Assembly: GCA_038211245.1 (NCBI GenBank)
Contig: JBBQVT010000002.1
Coordinates: forward strand, 2,534 to 66,533
Length of the DNA: 64,000 nucleotides
Source of the DNA: Desulfobulbales bacterium
Lineage (GTDB): Bacteria; Desulfobacterota; Desulfobulbia; Desulfobulbales; Desulfocapsaceae
Reading direction: 5' to 3'
Shown: in pieces, positions 48,495-57,766 of the stretch
How the letters are laid out: the number at the start of each line of letters is the position of its first letter
Numbering within the stretch: the first letter of the stretch is position 1
Position numbers and translations under genes: made by a program
Notes under the pieces: generated by a model
The model's input: the letters and a program-made list of their open reading frames with translations, nothing else
Told to the model about the DNA's origin: nothing
Databases searched by the model: none

Positions 48495-48935
48495 ATGAAA
48501 CCGTTCACCTTGGATACTGTCCTCGCCTATCGAAGACGTCTGGAAGACATCGCCCATCATCGTTTTCTTGAGGCCCAAAAGGTGCATCGGCAGGTGGAGG
48601 AAAAACTTGCCGAAGAGAATACCGTCCTCGCAGAACTCGCCGGCCGCAGCGAATATCTTCAGTCTGAAGGGATGGAAATTACCGAATTGATTCGTTATGA
48701 AGAGCGAATTCTGCAGGTCAAAGCCAATACTCGAGCAATCGCCAAAACCCTCGCCGAAAAAGCTGAAATGGTACTGCACGAACGCCGGAATCTTATTAAC
48801 CGTGCCAACGAAAGGCAAATTATGGAGCGCTTGAAAGAACGACAAAACAAGGCCTGGGCGGCTTTTCTCAACAAGAAGGAGACGGCAATGCTTGATGAAA
48901 TCGCCCTGCTTCGTCATGATTCACATGATAATTAA
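48495..48935 (+). CDS. fliJ: Flagellar export protein FliJ
   Basis: F.L..VL.YR N-terminus, coiled coil, LDE C-terminus; follows fliI. Confidence 0.88.
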   Translation: MKPFTLDTVLAYRRRLEDIAHHRFLEAQKVHRQVEEKLAEENTVLAELAGRSEYLQSEGMEITELIRYEERILQVKANTRAIAKTLAEKAEMVLHERRNLINRANERQIMERLKERQNKAWAAFLNKKETAMLDEIALLRHDSHDN

Positions 48936-48974
48936 GCAGTTTTCAAACAATTCCTCACAACAATACAACAAACC

Positions 48975-49496
48975 ATGACACCCATAGCCAAGACTCTGCT
49001 GACAATAACTGCTGCTTTCATTCTGTTACAAAATGGTCAAGCCATCGCTGAAGATGTTGAGAAGGACACCTTTAGTTCGGTGGAGGAGAGGAGAATAGAC
49101 AGCACGATTCTGCAAGAACGTGCCAATATCCGTAAAGAACGGGAAGATATGGATCTGCACAAAAAGGAACTAAAGTCCCTTGAAGAGGGTGTCGATAAGA
49201 AACTTGCCGACATAGACCGCAAGCTGGAAGAGCTTAAAAATCTGCAAAAAAAAATCGAGGCGGCGCTTGTTGCAAAGACTGCGGTCGAGAAGAAACGGAT
49301 TGAAAATCTGGCCGGCATATACGAAAAAATGGTCCCGGCAAAAGCCGCACTTGCCATGTCCGGTTTGGAACAAAAGCTGGCCGCTGATCTACTGGCAAGT
49401 ATGAAAGCCAAAGCAGCTGCGAAAATTTTGGATCAGATTGCCAAACAGAAAGCCACCGACTTAAGCACAACCTTTTCAACTTTGCAACTTGAGTGA
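48975..49496 (+). CDS. MotE/FlgY/FlbB-like flagellar protein (signal + coiled coil + MgtE_N-like helical domain)
   Basis: Signal peptide, long coiled coil, IYEKM.PAKAA...L..MK.K.AAKIL; located between fliJ and fliK. Confidence 0.75.
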   Translation: MTPIAKTLLTITAAFILLQNGQAIAEDVEKDTFSSVEERRIDSTILQERANIRKEREDMDLHKKELKSLEEGVDKKLADIDRKLEELKNLQKKIEAALVAKTAVEKKRIENLAGIYEKMVPAKAALAMSGLEQKLAADLLASMKAKAAAKILDQIAKQKATDLSTTFSTLQLE

Positions 49497-49500
49497 TACT

Positions 49501-51030
49501 ATGCCCCAAATAGCCATGGTCCTACCTGCCGCCCCCAAAGCACCTCCAGCCAGCCCTCCGGCAAATAATGATTCTCAAAGTTTTTCACCGCATCTTGACA
49601 AAGCCATGGCCGACAGAAAAGATACGCCGGCGAGTCGAGAAAATATTGCCAAACCAAGCCAGCAAAAAACCAACGAAGCTGAACACAGGCCAGAAACGGC
49701 CGATGCGAAAGAAACTCTAAAAACCTCTTCCGACAACACCCTGACTGAGGAACACGCTGCAACTCACCTTATCAAAACGATGTATGCCGCATCCGAAGCC
49801 CAAACCGACAACCCAGCGGTACCCCTCCTTGGACAGCCTCTTGACGATACCTCCGCTGTTTTTCAATTTTTAACCAACATTTTCACCACCAAAATTGAAG
49901 ATACTGGTGGCCAACAGATGGCCGCCACCCAACAGGCCTTGCCCAATTTACAAGCAGCAGCAGAAGCTGTTTTAACTCTGCCCCTTGCTGGAACAATGAA
50001 CTTAGCCATAGCCAAATCCGACACCTCTGCCCTTTCCATACCTTCGCAAGGGGGAAATACAGAGAACAACGCTTTTTTACTGGAACTCCAGAAAATTATT
50101 GAAAACAGCAATGAATCCGGAACAGTGGCTATCACCGTAAGCGACAAAACGGGCAAAAATCAATCAGGAATAAGCAACCTTAAAACCACAATGGCAACAG
50201 CAGAGAGCGAGCCATTGCCGATAGTTATCACTTCTACCGAACGTACTGGATCGCAAGCCGATGAACATATGGTTGTCTTGCCTGCGGGTGCTGAGATTCC
50301 TGTCGATAAAGCCAACCAGAGCCTGTCCTCAACACGACACAGCATCAGACAGCAGTATTACGAGGGACAAATTTCTCCGGAAAACAAACAAGAATCGCAA
50401 ACTCCTTCAGAAGAACGCCCGCAAGATAACACCTTTTCATCAAAAACCGCACAAACCACAAAAGAAAATACAACCTCTGCCCTAAATCCGAATCAAACCA
50501 GCACCTTCGCTCAACCTTTGGCCTTCGTGCAAGAAGCACAAAAACCGACCACTGTTGAAGGGTTGTCGCCGGTAACTCTGCCATCGGGCATCGTTGTCCA
50601 GCAAGAAGACGTTATCCGGCAGATTATGGAACGCTTTCAAATATCGAGAAGAGATAATGATACCAAAGTAAACATCAAACTCCATCCGGCGGAACTTGGT
50701 GAATTGAAGATCAGTCTTTCCGTAAAAGAAGGTTCGGTTCGCGCAAATGTCGTTGCGAGCAGTCAATATGCCCAAGAAATTATTGAAAAAAACATGACAA
50801 AATTGCGAGCTGTCCTGGAAAACCAAGGGTTTACCATTGGCGAGATCTCGGTCACAAGCAAATCCGATACAACTGGAGATTTTAATCTCTTTGAGAGACA
50901 ACTCTTCAGCCAAAACAATTACACGCCACCTTCGGCCAAGAATACCCGTAGCTCCGGAGCACTCTTTATTATGGAAGATCCCGGGACCCGCGAGCAAACT
51001 GCCGCGACCGGTGTGAATGTAACAATCTAG
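49501..51030 (+). CDS. fliK: Flagellar hook-length control protein FliK
   Basis: Low-complexity N-terminus; C-terminal IKLHPAELGEL...L..QG domain; precedes flgD. Confidence 0.9.
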   Translation: MPQIAMVLPAAPKAPPASPPANNDSQSFSPHLDKAMADRKDTPASRENIAKPSQQKTNEAEHRPETADAKETLKTSSDNTLTEEHAATHLIKTMYAASEAQTDNPAVPLLGQPLDDTSAVFQFLTNIFTTKIEDTGGQQMAATQQALPNLQAAAEAVLTLPLAGTMNLAIAKSDTSALSIPSQGGNTENNAFLLELQKIIENSNESGTVAITVSDKTGKNQSGISNLKTTMATAESEPLPIVITSTERTGSQADEHMVVLPAGAEIPVDKANQSLSSTRHSIRQQYYEGQISPENKQESQTPSEERPQDNTFSSKTAQTTKENTTSALNPNQTSTFAQPLAFVQEAQKPTTVEGLSPVTLPSGIVVQQEDVIRQIMERFQISRRDNDTKVNIKLHPAELGELKISLSVKEGSVRANVVASSQYAQEIIEKNMTKLRAVLENQGFTIGEISVTSKSDTTGDFNLFERQLFSQNNYTPPSAKNTRSSGALFIMEDPGTREQTAATGVNVTI

Positions 51031-51091
51031 GAGGCTGTCTAAGAATATTATTCTTGTTAGCTAGAAATCAGAGTTTTAAAAAGGATACCAG

Positions 51092-51886
51092 ATGAGCAGC
51101 TATATTGAATCGTTAAACCAGGCAACCACCGCCTCGACAGGCAAAAGCACAGCGAAAACCACCAAAGACGCGATTATGGGAAAAGAAGATTTTCTCAAAC
51201 TGCTGGTTGCGCAACTCCAGAATCAGGACCCTTTAAGTCCGGACGACCCAACGGCGTTCACCGCACAACTGGCCCAGTTCAGTTCTCTCGAACAGTTGAC
51301 CACCCTTAATGCCAGCATGGATAAATTAGTATCTTCAAATACCAGTTCCCAGAGCCTTTCGACCCTCAGCACCATCGGCAAGGACGTGGCCTATGCCGGA
51401 AGCAGTTTCAATTTTACCGGGGACGCGATGCAACTTGGCTATAAACTTGATGGTGCGGCCTCGGCCGTGACTCTTGACTTGCAACTCAATGGTGCCACAG
51501 TCGCTACCCTTGAGGGAAAAGACCTCGGTGCCGGCAACCACTATATGACATGGGACGGCTTGACCAAGGATGGTGTAATAGCGGCATCCGGCAATTATAA
51601 AATCGTCCTCCAGGCCAAAGCCGCAGACGGGAAAAGTGTTGCAGCATCGCCATTGATTAAGTCCGAAGTCACCGGAGTCGATCTCAGCGGGCAATCGGGT
51701 GGCACCCTTATTACCAAGGCCGGGGAAACCCCCTTCAATGCAATTCTCGGGATCTATGATCCAAGCACACGCTCTGCTTCAACCACAAGTGCAGCCGTAG
51801 CAAAAAAAGAGACATTAGCCGAAGTTAAAGCAGCAGTTGATACTGCTGCCGGAGTTGTTGAGACCACCAAGGATATACTGCTCTAG
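51092..51886 (+). CDS. flgD: Flagellar hook cap protein FlgD
   Basis: FLKLLVAQLQNQDPL, QLAQFSSLEQ, TWDG. Confidence 0.96.
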   Translation: MSSYIESLNQATTASTGKSTAKTTKDAIMGKEDFLKLLVAQLQNQDPLSPDDPTAFTAQLAQFSSLEQLTTLNASMDKLVSSNTSSQSLSTLSTIGKDVAYAGSSFNFTGDAMQLGYKLDGAASAVTLDLQLNGATVATLEGKDLGAGNHYMTWDGLTKDGVIAASGNYKIVLQAKAADGKSVAASPLIKSEVTGVDLSGQSGGTLITKAGETPFNAILGIYDPSTRSASTTSAAVAKKETLAEVKAAVDTAAGVVETTKDILL

Positions 51887-51963
51887 GAAGCAAACCATAT
51901 AGGTCGACGAGCAAAACTTAGTTACACAATCTGCCTCTTGCGGAATACAAGGAGATAAAAAAT

Positions 51964-53232
51964 ATGGGTATATCAAGCGCATTGTACAGTGGAGTCAGCG
52001 GGCTGAACACCAACTCCCAGGCCATGAGTGTTATCGGCAACAATCTGGCAAACACCAATACTGTTGGTTTCAAAGGGTCAAGAACAGTATTTGCCGATCT
52101 TCTGTCCTCATCGATCAACGGTTCAGGCGGTTCCTCTCAGGTCGGTCGCGGTGTCGGCATGTCAAAGGTTGACCAGATATTCAGCCAAGGAACCTTCGAA
52201 TCAACGGAATCGGGTCTCGATGTAGCCATCGAAGGCGAAGGTTTTTTTATTCTCAAAGAAGCAGGAAACGAGACACCCTACTATTCCCGAGCGGGCGCCT
52301 TCCGATTTGACGATAATGGTTATCTTACCAACCCTGAGGGATATCGGGTTCAGGGTAAAGAGTTTGATCCCATCACCAATATTTTAAAACCGGGAGATGC
52401 AAAGGATATCCAGGTGCCCGGTACCGGGCTGATTCAGGGTCAAGCCACATCCACCATGAAGATCACCACCAATCTTGATGCCTCAGAACCGATAATTGCA
52501 GCTGCTTTTAGCCTCATCGATCCCACCACCTATAACTTCTCTTCCTCAGCACAGGTCTTTGACTCACTCGGCAACCCGCACCTATTGACCACATATTTTA
52601 CCAAAACTGCCTCTAACGCCTGGGCTGTGAACTGGAGCGCCGAGGACGCGTCTGTACCTCCAGTAGTCTTAACCGGAGGATTAGCTCCTCTTACCTTCAC
52701 TACTGACGGTATTTTGACAGGTGCCGCAGCCATTCCCCCCGTGCCAACGACCGCCAATATACCTGCTTTGGCTTGGGCCAACGGCACGACCCCTACAGCC
52801 ATAGACGTTACCTTTGATACTACGCAGTTTAACAGTGCATCGGTGGTTATTTCGCAGGATCAAAACGGTTTCGGTGCCGGCAACCTTACCGGAATCGATA
52901 TCGACGGGGATGGTATAGTCGTCGCCTCATATTCCAATGGTCAACAAACCAAAGTTGCCCAATTGGTATTGGGAAAATTTGTCAACCCCAACGGACTATC
53001 CCTGGCCGGCAGCAACCTCTATAATGAAACAACTGCCTCCGGCCCCGCCCGTACCGGTCTGCCGGGACCTGAACTTGGCAAGGTGTTTACCAACTCACTC
53101 GAACAGTCGAACGTCGATATGGGTGCGGAGTTTGTCAGAATGATCACCGTACAACGCGGTTTCCAGGCCAACTCAAAGATTATAACAACGGTTGACGAGT
53201 TGCTTGGCGAACTGATTAATCTCAAACGTTAA
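51964..53232 (+). CDS. flgE: Flagellar hook protein FlgE
   Basis: SGL, GNNLANTNTVGFK, DVAIEGEGFF, VFDSLG, LEQSNVD, QRGFQANSK. Confidence 0.97.
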   Translation: MGISSALYSGVSGLNTNSQAMSVIGNNLANTNTVGFKGSRTVFADLLSSSINGSGGSSQVGRGVGMSKVDQIFSQGTFESTESGLDVAIEGEGFFILKEAGNETPYYSRAGAFRFDDNGYLTNPEGYRVQGKEFDPITNILKPGDAKDIQVPGTGLIQGQATSTMKITTNLDASEPIIAAAFSLIDPTTYNFSSSAQVFDSLGNPHLLTTYFTKTASNAWAVNWSAEDASVPPVVLTGGLAPLTFTTDGILTGAAAIPPVPTTANIPALAWANGTTPTAIDVTFDTTQFNSASVVISQDQNGFGAGNLTGIDIDGDGIVVASYSNGQQTKVAQLVLGKFVNPNGLSLAGSNLYNETTASGPARTGLPGPELGKVFTNSLEQSNVDMGAEFVRMITVQRGFQANSKIITTVDELLGELINLKR

Positions 53233-53234
53233 CA

Positions 53235-53248
53235 GTCAATTTCTTGAC
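53235..53248. promoter_or_regulatory. Candidate FleQ/FlrA-type enhancer (GTCAA-N4-TTGAC)
   Basis: Palindrome GTCAATTTCTTGAC about 200 bp upstream of the fliL sigma54 promoter. Confidence 0.55.
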
Positions 53249-53348
53249 ACCAGTTTGTTCTTGAGGTGTCGCTTATACCTCCCTGCTCCAATTGCCATGG
53301 AATTGATGCAACTTTTCTTGGCATTCCTGCTATATTACACTCTATATT

Positions 53349-53384
53349 GGGGGCTGATTATCTATTCAGCCCCCTTTCTTTTTT
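53349..53384 (+). terminator. Rho-independent terminator downstream of flgE
   Basis: GGGGGCTGA-N8-TCAGCCCCC stem followed by TTTCTTTTTT. Confidence 0.8.
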
Positions 53385-53441
53385 ATCTCCCACCTTTATT
53401 CTGATAGTTCAATAGAGCCTCACATGAGATGGGGTTATTAT

Positions 53442-53458
53442 CTGGAATGGTTTTTGCT
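53442..53458 (+). promoter_or_regulatory. Sigma54 (-24/-12) promoter of the fliL-fliA operon
   Basis: CTGGAATGGTTTTTGCT with GG and GC 12 nt apart, about 100 bp upstream of fliL. Confidence 0.75.
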
Positions 53459-53554
53459 TCCTTGAGTTTTCAGAATCGACGGTCTATGATGACAGATATG
53501 CAGTTTCAGAAGAAGTTCCCCCGACCATTTCCTTTTTAATTGAGGCAGGCATAA

Positions 53555-54061
53555 ATGGCTGAAAAGAAAAAAGAAGTTGTGAGCGCTGAAGGCGGCAGTA
53601 AAAAGAAATTATTTTTGATTATCGGCTTGATTGCTGTTGTTCTGCTTGCAGGAGCAGGTACGGCCGCCTTTTTCATGCTGAAAAAAGCGCCTGAGCCAAA
53701 GGAAACAAAGGATCCCGCACAACACGTGCCGGTACCGGACCTTAATCAGCAGGCAGACATCGGCCCGCAGGTAAATATTGAAGAGTTCATCGTCAACATC
53801 ATTAGCGGAGATTCGGCGCATTATGTCAAAGCATCGCTTACCGTAGAGCTGACCAATCCCGAAGTAAAGGCAGAGGTAGAAAAGAGAATGCCGCAGATGC
53901 GTGATGCCATCCTGCTCCTTATCGGCAATAAAACCTACGAGGAGTTGCAAGATCTTCAAGGCAAGAAACAACTCAAAGCGGAACTCACCAGCAAGATCAA
54001 CTCTTTTCTTAAAACCGGCAAAGTGAAAGCAGTCTATTTTACCAACTTCGTTGTGCAATAG
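53555..54061 (+). CDS. fliL: Flagellar basal body-associated protein FliL
   Basis: N-terminal TM, FIVNI, PQMRDAI, VYFTNFVVQ. Confidence 0.95.
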   Translation: MAEKKKEVVSAEGGSKKKLFLIIGLIAVVLLAGAGTAAFFMLKKAPEPKETKDPAQHVPVPDLNQQADIGPQVNIEEFIVNIISGDSAHYVKASLTVELTNPEVKAEVEKRMPQMRDAILLLIGNKTYEELQDLQGKKQLKAELTSKINSFLKTGKVKAVYFTNFVVQ

Positions 54062-54076
54062 GACGACGTGAGAGGC

Positions 54077-55057
54077 ATGGAAGCGATTCTCAGCAAAACC
54101 GAAATTGTCGACCTCCTGAAGGCTATCCGTGAAGGCAGGGTGTCCCTCGATTTCGACGAAAAACAGCAGACTCAGTTTCTGCACTGCACTCCTGCCAATC
54201 TCTTCCAGCTGACTCGACCGGACAATAAACAATTCAGAATCCCCAATTTTGATATCATCCTTGATACCTTCTGCCGCTCCTATGCAACCTCACTCAGCAA
54301 TCAACTCCAGCGGTCCTTATCAATCACGCGTACGAAGCTCGAGAGCTTTGAGTTTCAAAAATTCATGGCTGACAAAACCAACCCCGGAGCCATCGGTATC
54401 TTTGATATGAATCCATTGAAATATGGCGCCATGATCATTGTCGATCCGGTTGTCTCGTTCTCGGTATTGGAAATCATGCTCGGTGCCTCGGCTGAACTGC
54501 AATCCCTGCATCTCGACAGAAAGCTGACCGCTCTTGAACTGACTATTCTTAGGGCCATCCTCTCCGACGCCTGTATTGATCTCAATAAGGCTTTCGCCCA
54601 ATTACTTGAGATGCAGTCCGCCCTTATCAAACTGGAAAGCAATGCCCGACTGGTATCAATTGTCGAACCCGAGGCCGAAGTTATTGTCGGCACCTTTACA
54701 GTCAAGGTGGGCGATCATTCCGGAGAGATTCATTTGATTTTCCCCTTTGCCACCCTGGAACCACTCAGAGATTCTTTGAAAGAACTCCTCAACATTCCGA
54801 CAATTACCAAGAGCAGCTGGCAGAATGTGTTGGAAGAGGAGGTCCAGGAGGTTCCGGCAACAATCACCGCCCTCTCCGGCAACATTACCCTGTCGATCAA
54901 TGAGATACTGCATCTCCGGGAAGGCGATATTCTCAATCTTGACTATGATCCCAACTCACCGTTAAAAATTCTAGTTGAAGACAAAATTAAATTTTTAGCG
55001 ATTCCCGGAACACATAATGGCAAAAAGGCCATCAGCCTCACCGGCGTTTACCAATGA
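54077..55057 (+). CDS. fliM: Flagellar motor switch protein FliM
   Basis: ILSKTEIVDLL N-terminal peptide, CheC-like middle domain (MLG, LT.LE), SpoA C-terminal domain (L..GDIL.L). Confidence 0.9.
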   Translation: MEAILSKTEIVDLLKAIREGRVSLDFDEKQQTQFLHCTPANLFQLTRPDNKQFRIPNFDIILDTFCRSYATSLSNQLQRSLSITRTKLESFEFQKFMADKTNPGAIGIFDMNPLKYGAMIIVDPVVSFSVLEIMLGASAELQSLHLDRKLTALELTILRAILSDACIDLNKAFAQLLEMQSALIKLESNARLVSIVEPEAEVIVGTFTVKVGDHSGEIHLIFPFATLEPLRDSLKELLNIPTITKSSWQNVLEEEVQEVPATITALSGNITLSINEILHLREGDILNLDYDPNSPLKILVEDKIKFLAIPGTHNGKKAISLTGVYQ

Positions 55058-55066
55058 CAAAGGAAC

Positions 55067-55441
55067 ATGCATATGGCAACACCAGGAAATACCCGTCCGG
55101 CCCCGGAAGAAATCAAAGAACTTCTGCAAAATGATTCGCTTAGCAGTTCAAAAAAGACGACATCCTCAGAGCAGAGAGACGGTCGCGGACTTGATTTCCT
55201 TTACGATATCCCCCTGCAGATATCCGTAGAGGTAGGCAGGAGCAAAATTCTTCTCCGCGATCTTTTGAAAATGACTGAAGGATACGTCATCGAACTCGAC
55301 AAGTTCGCCGGCGAACCCCTAGACCTTTATGTCAATTCTCGTCTTATCGCCAGGGGTGAAGCAGTTATGGTCGGGGACAAATTCGGCATCCGTCTCACCG
55401 ATGTGGTGAGCACCTCCGACCGCATAGAAAACCTCGGCTAA
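55067..55441 (+). CDS. fliN: Flagellar motor switch protein FliN
   Basis: DIPLQISVEVG, VIELDK.AGEPLD.YVN, ARGEAV, FGIRLTD. Confidence 0.95.
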   Translation: MHMATPGNTRPAPEEIKELLQNDSLSSSKKTTSSEQRDGRGLDFLYDIPLQISVEVGRSKILLRDLLKMTEGYVIELDKFAGEPLDLYVNSRLIARGEAVMVGDKFGIRLTDVVSTSDRIENLG

Positions 55442-55452
55442 GGGAGAAAGCA

Positions 55453-55860
55453 ATGCGCCCTGCCGAACGAAAAACGAAGATCTTCATCCTGGCATGTCTC
55501 GCTGGTCTTTGCCGAACCTCGGAGACGGTCCATGCCGCTTCGTCGCAGATAGTCGAAATGGAGAGCTATTTCAAGGTGATCTGGGGCCTGCTTGTCGTGC
55601 TTGCGATCATCCTCGCCTTATACGCCCTTTTGAGGAAACGTTTTTCTCTCCTTGCCGGTAGTCCGGAACAGCATATCAAGATTCTTGAAATCAAATCGCT
55701 CATGGGCAGAAAGGCCATCTGCCTCATCACCGTCAAGGGCACCGAATATCTGCTCGGCATAAGCGGTGACCGGATCAACCATCTGGCCACCCTGCCGAAT
55801 AAGACGGATCTATCGTTTGCCGCAACTCTGCGCGCAACTGAAGTGGACCGGCAGCCATGA
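55453..55860 (+). CDS. fliO: Flagellar biosynthesis protein FliO
   Basis: TM helix plus IKILE...L.G.S motif; between fliN and fliP. Confidence 0.85.
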   Translation: MRPAERKTKIFILACLAGLCRTSETVHAASSQIVEMESYFKVIWGLLVVLAIILALYALLRKRFSLLAGSPEQHIKILEIKSLMGRKAICLITVKGTEYLLGISGDRINHLATLPNKTDLSFAATLRATEVDRQP

Positions 55861-56627
55861 TGCGGCCATTATCACCCGTCTCCACCTGCATTGCGCTCCT
55901 GGTCGCGACACTCGGTTTCATTCTCCTGACGACCGACAGTGGCTGGGCAATCGGTCTGCCCACCGTCACCTTTGGGGTCGAGGACGCCCAGAACCCCAAG
56001 CAGATTTCCACCGCTCTCCAAGTGCTGTTACTCTTGACCGTACTGTCGATGGCCCCGGCAATTCTCTTAATGACAACCTGTTTCACCAGGATTGTCATCG
56101 TTTTGGGCTTTATCCGGCAAGCAATGGGTACGCAAAATATGCCCCCCACCCAGATTATTCTCGGCTTGTCTCTGTTCCTCTCTTTTTTCATCATGTCACC
56201 GACCCTCAATAAAATGAATGAGGAGGCGCTGCAACCGTATCTCAAGGAACAAATAAGTCAGGCGGACGCCCTGGAAAAGGGCCTTGCCCCCCTGCGGGAG
56301 TTCATGTTCAGCCAGGTTCGCGAGGAGGAACTCACCCTCTTGACCGAGATCACCATGAAGAACGAACCGTTTCGCCAGGAAGATATCCCGACGATGACCC
56401 TCGTCCCCGCCTTCATGATGTCGGAGCTCAAAAGAGCATTCATGATGGGTTTCATGATTTATATCCCCTTTCTGGTGATTGACATGATTGTTGCATCAGT
56501 CCTTATGTCCATGGGTATGATGATGCTTCCGCCGGTGATTATCTCCATGCCGTTCAAACTGTTGCTCTTTGTCCTTGTTGATGGCTGGAGTCTTGTGGTC
56601 GGCTCATTGATCAAAAGTTTTAACTGA
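55857..56627 (+). CDS. fliP: Flagellar export gate protein FliP
   Basis: MTTCFTRI, PP.QI, PAF..SELK.AF, MGMMMLPP, KLLLFVLVDGW. Confidence 0.97.
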   Translation: MMRPLSPVSTCIALLVATLGFILLTTDSGWAIGLPTVTFGVEDAQNPKQISTALQVLLLLTVLSMAPAILLMTTCFTRIVIVLGFIRQAMGTQNMPPTQIILGLSLFLSFFIMSPTLNKMNEEALQPYLKEQISQADALEKGLAPLREFMFSQVREEELTLLTEITMKNEPFRQEDIPTMTLVPAFMMSELKRAFMMGFMIYIPFLVIDMIVASVLMSMGMMMLPPVIISMPFKLLLFVLVDGWSLVVGSLIKSFN

Positions 56628-56704
56628 GCCCTTGGTTAATACCAAAGTGATTGACACGTTATTCTTCATTTTTTCCAACCCAGTATTGCCCGTGGAGGGA
56701 TACT

Positions 56705-56968
56705 ATGAGTCCTGAAGTGGCGGTCGATGTCTGTCGCAAGGCTATCCAGACCATTTTGCTGGGTTCGGCGCCAATGCTGATCATTGGCCTGGTCATCGGC
56801 CTCCTGGTTTCCATTTTCCAGGCAGCCACCCAGATCAACGAACAAACGCTCTCCTTTGTGCCGAAAATCGTCGCCGTCTTTCTCACCATGCTGCTTTTTG
56901 GCCCTTGGCTCATCAAGCTTCTCACTGTTTTCACCATCGGTCTCTTTGAAACCATGGTTACCCTGTAA
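56705..56968 (+). CDS. fliQ: Flagellar export gate protein FliQ
   Basis: IFQAATQINEQTLSFVPK; GGAGG RBS before the ATG at 56705. Confidence 0.97.
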   Translation: MSPEVAVDVCRKAIQTILLGSAPMLIIGLVIGLLVSIFQAATQINEQTLSFVPKIVAVFLTMLLFGPWLIKLLTVFTIGLFETMVTL

Positions 56969-56976
56969 AGCCTATC

Positions 56977-57759
56977 GTGGAAATCCCCCTTCTCCCCATA
57001 GAGCAGTTCCAAACTTTTCTTATCGTAACCGCCAGGGTTGCCGGCTTCATGGCTGCCATTCCGGTTTTCACCTCTGCCCAAACCCCTGGGCGAGTGAAAA
57101 CCGCCCTGGTTTTTGTCAGCTCCCTCATGCTCTTCCCGGTCATGGCCGATGCTGTTCCTCAGTTGAGTTTTTCTCCACTGCCTTTCTTCTTGCTCATTCT
57201 CTCCGAGGTGCTGCTCGGCCTCCTTCTTGCCCTTGTTGCCAGGTTGATTTTCACCGCCGTCGAATTCGGGGCAACGGTTATCGGCTTTCAGATGGGCTTT
57301 GCCTCGGCAAACGTCTACGATCCCATGAACCAAAGACAGGTTGAGCTCATTTCCCAGTTTCAGAATGTGTTTGCCATTATGGTTTTTCTGGCCATTAACG
57401 GCCATCATATCTTTCTACGAACCGTCGTATTGTCGTATGAGCTTCTGCCTCCCGGTCGTTTCGATGTTTCCGGGGAGGCCATCCCCTATCTCATGCAACT
57501 GGCATCGCATATGTTTACCATCGGCGTGCAGTTCAGCGCCCCGGTCCTTGCGGTCCTCCTTTTCTCCGGCCTGATTCTTGGTATTCTCGCCCGGGTTTTT
57601 CCGCAATTGAATGTATTTTTACTGTCTTTCCCTCTCAACATCGGCATAGGATTTGTTGTCATCAGTTTGACACTCAATATGGTTTCAACCCTTATCAGAC
57701 GGGAATTTGACACTCTGGCGGAGCGCATTTTCACCCTTCTCACCTATCTCAATCCTTAG
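56977..57759 (+). CDS. fliR: Flagellar export gate protein FliR
   Basis: QMGF, DP, NGHH, RVFPQLNVF..SFP. Confidence 0.95.
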   Translation: MEIPLLPIEQFQTFLIVTARVAGFMAAIPVFTSAQTPGRVKTALVFVSSLMLFPVMADAVPQLSFSPLPFFLLILSEVLLGLLLALVARLIFTAVEFGATVIGFQMGFASANVYDPMNQRQVELISQFQNVFAIMVFLAINGHHIFLRTVVLSYELLPPGRFDVSGEAIPYLMQLASHMFTIGVQFSAPVLAVLLFSGLILGILARVFPQLNVFLLSFPLNIGIGFVVISLTLNMVSTLIRREFDTLAERIFTLLTYLNP

Positions 57760-57766
57760 ATAACCC

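Noticed and set aside
51027-51064. CTAG-flanked segment starting GAGGCTGTCT with a short AT-rich palindrome, reminiscent of an IS/MITE end
   Set aside because: Only about 30 bp, with no matching second terminal repeat, no transposase and no other copy seen in the window.
53318-53335. TTGGCA sigma54-like -24 element
   Set aside because: There is no GC at the required 12-nt spacing; the site at 53442-53458 fits properly.
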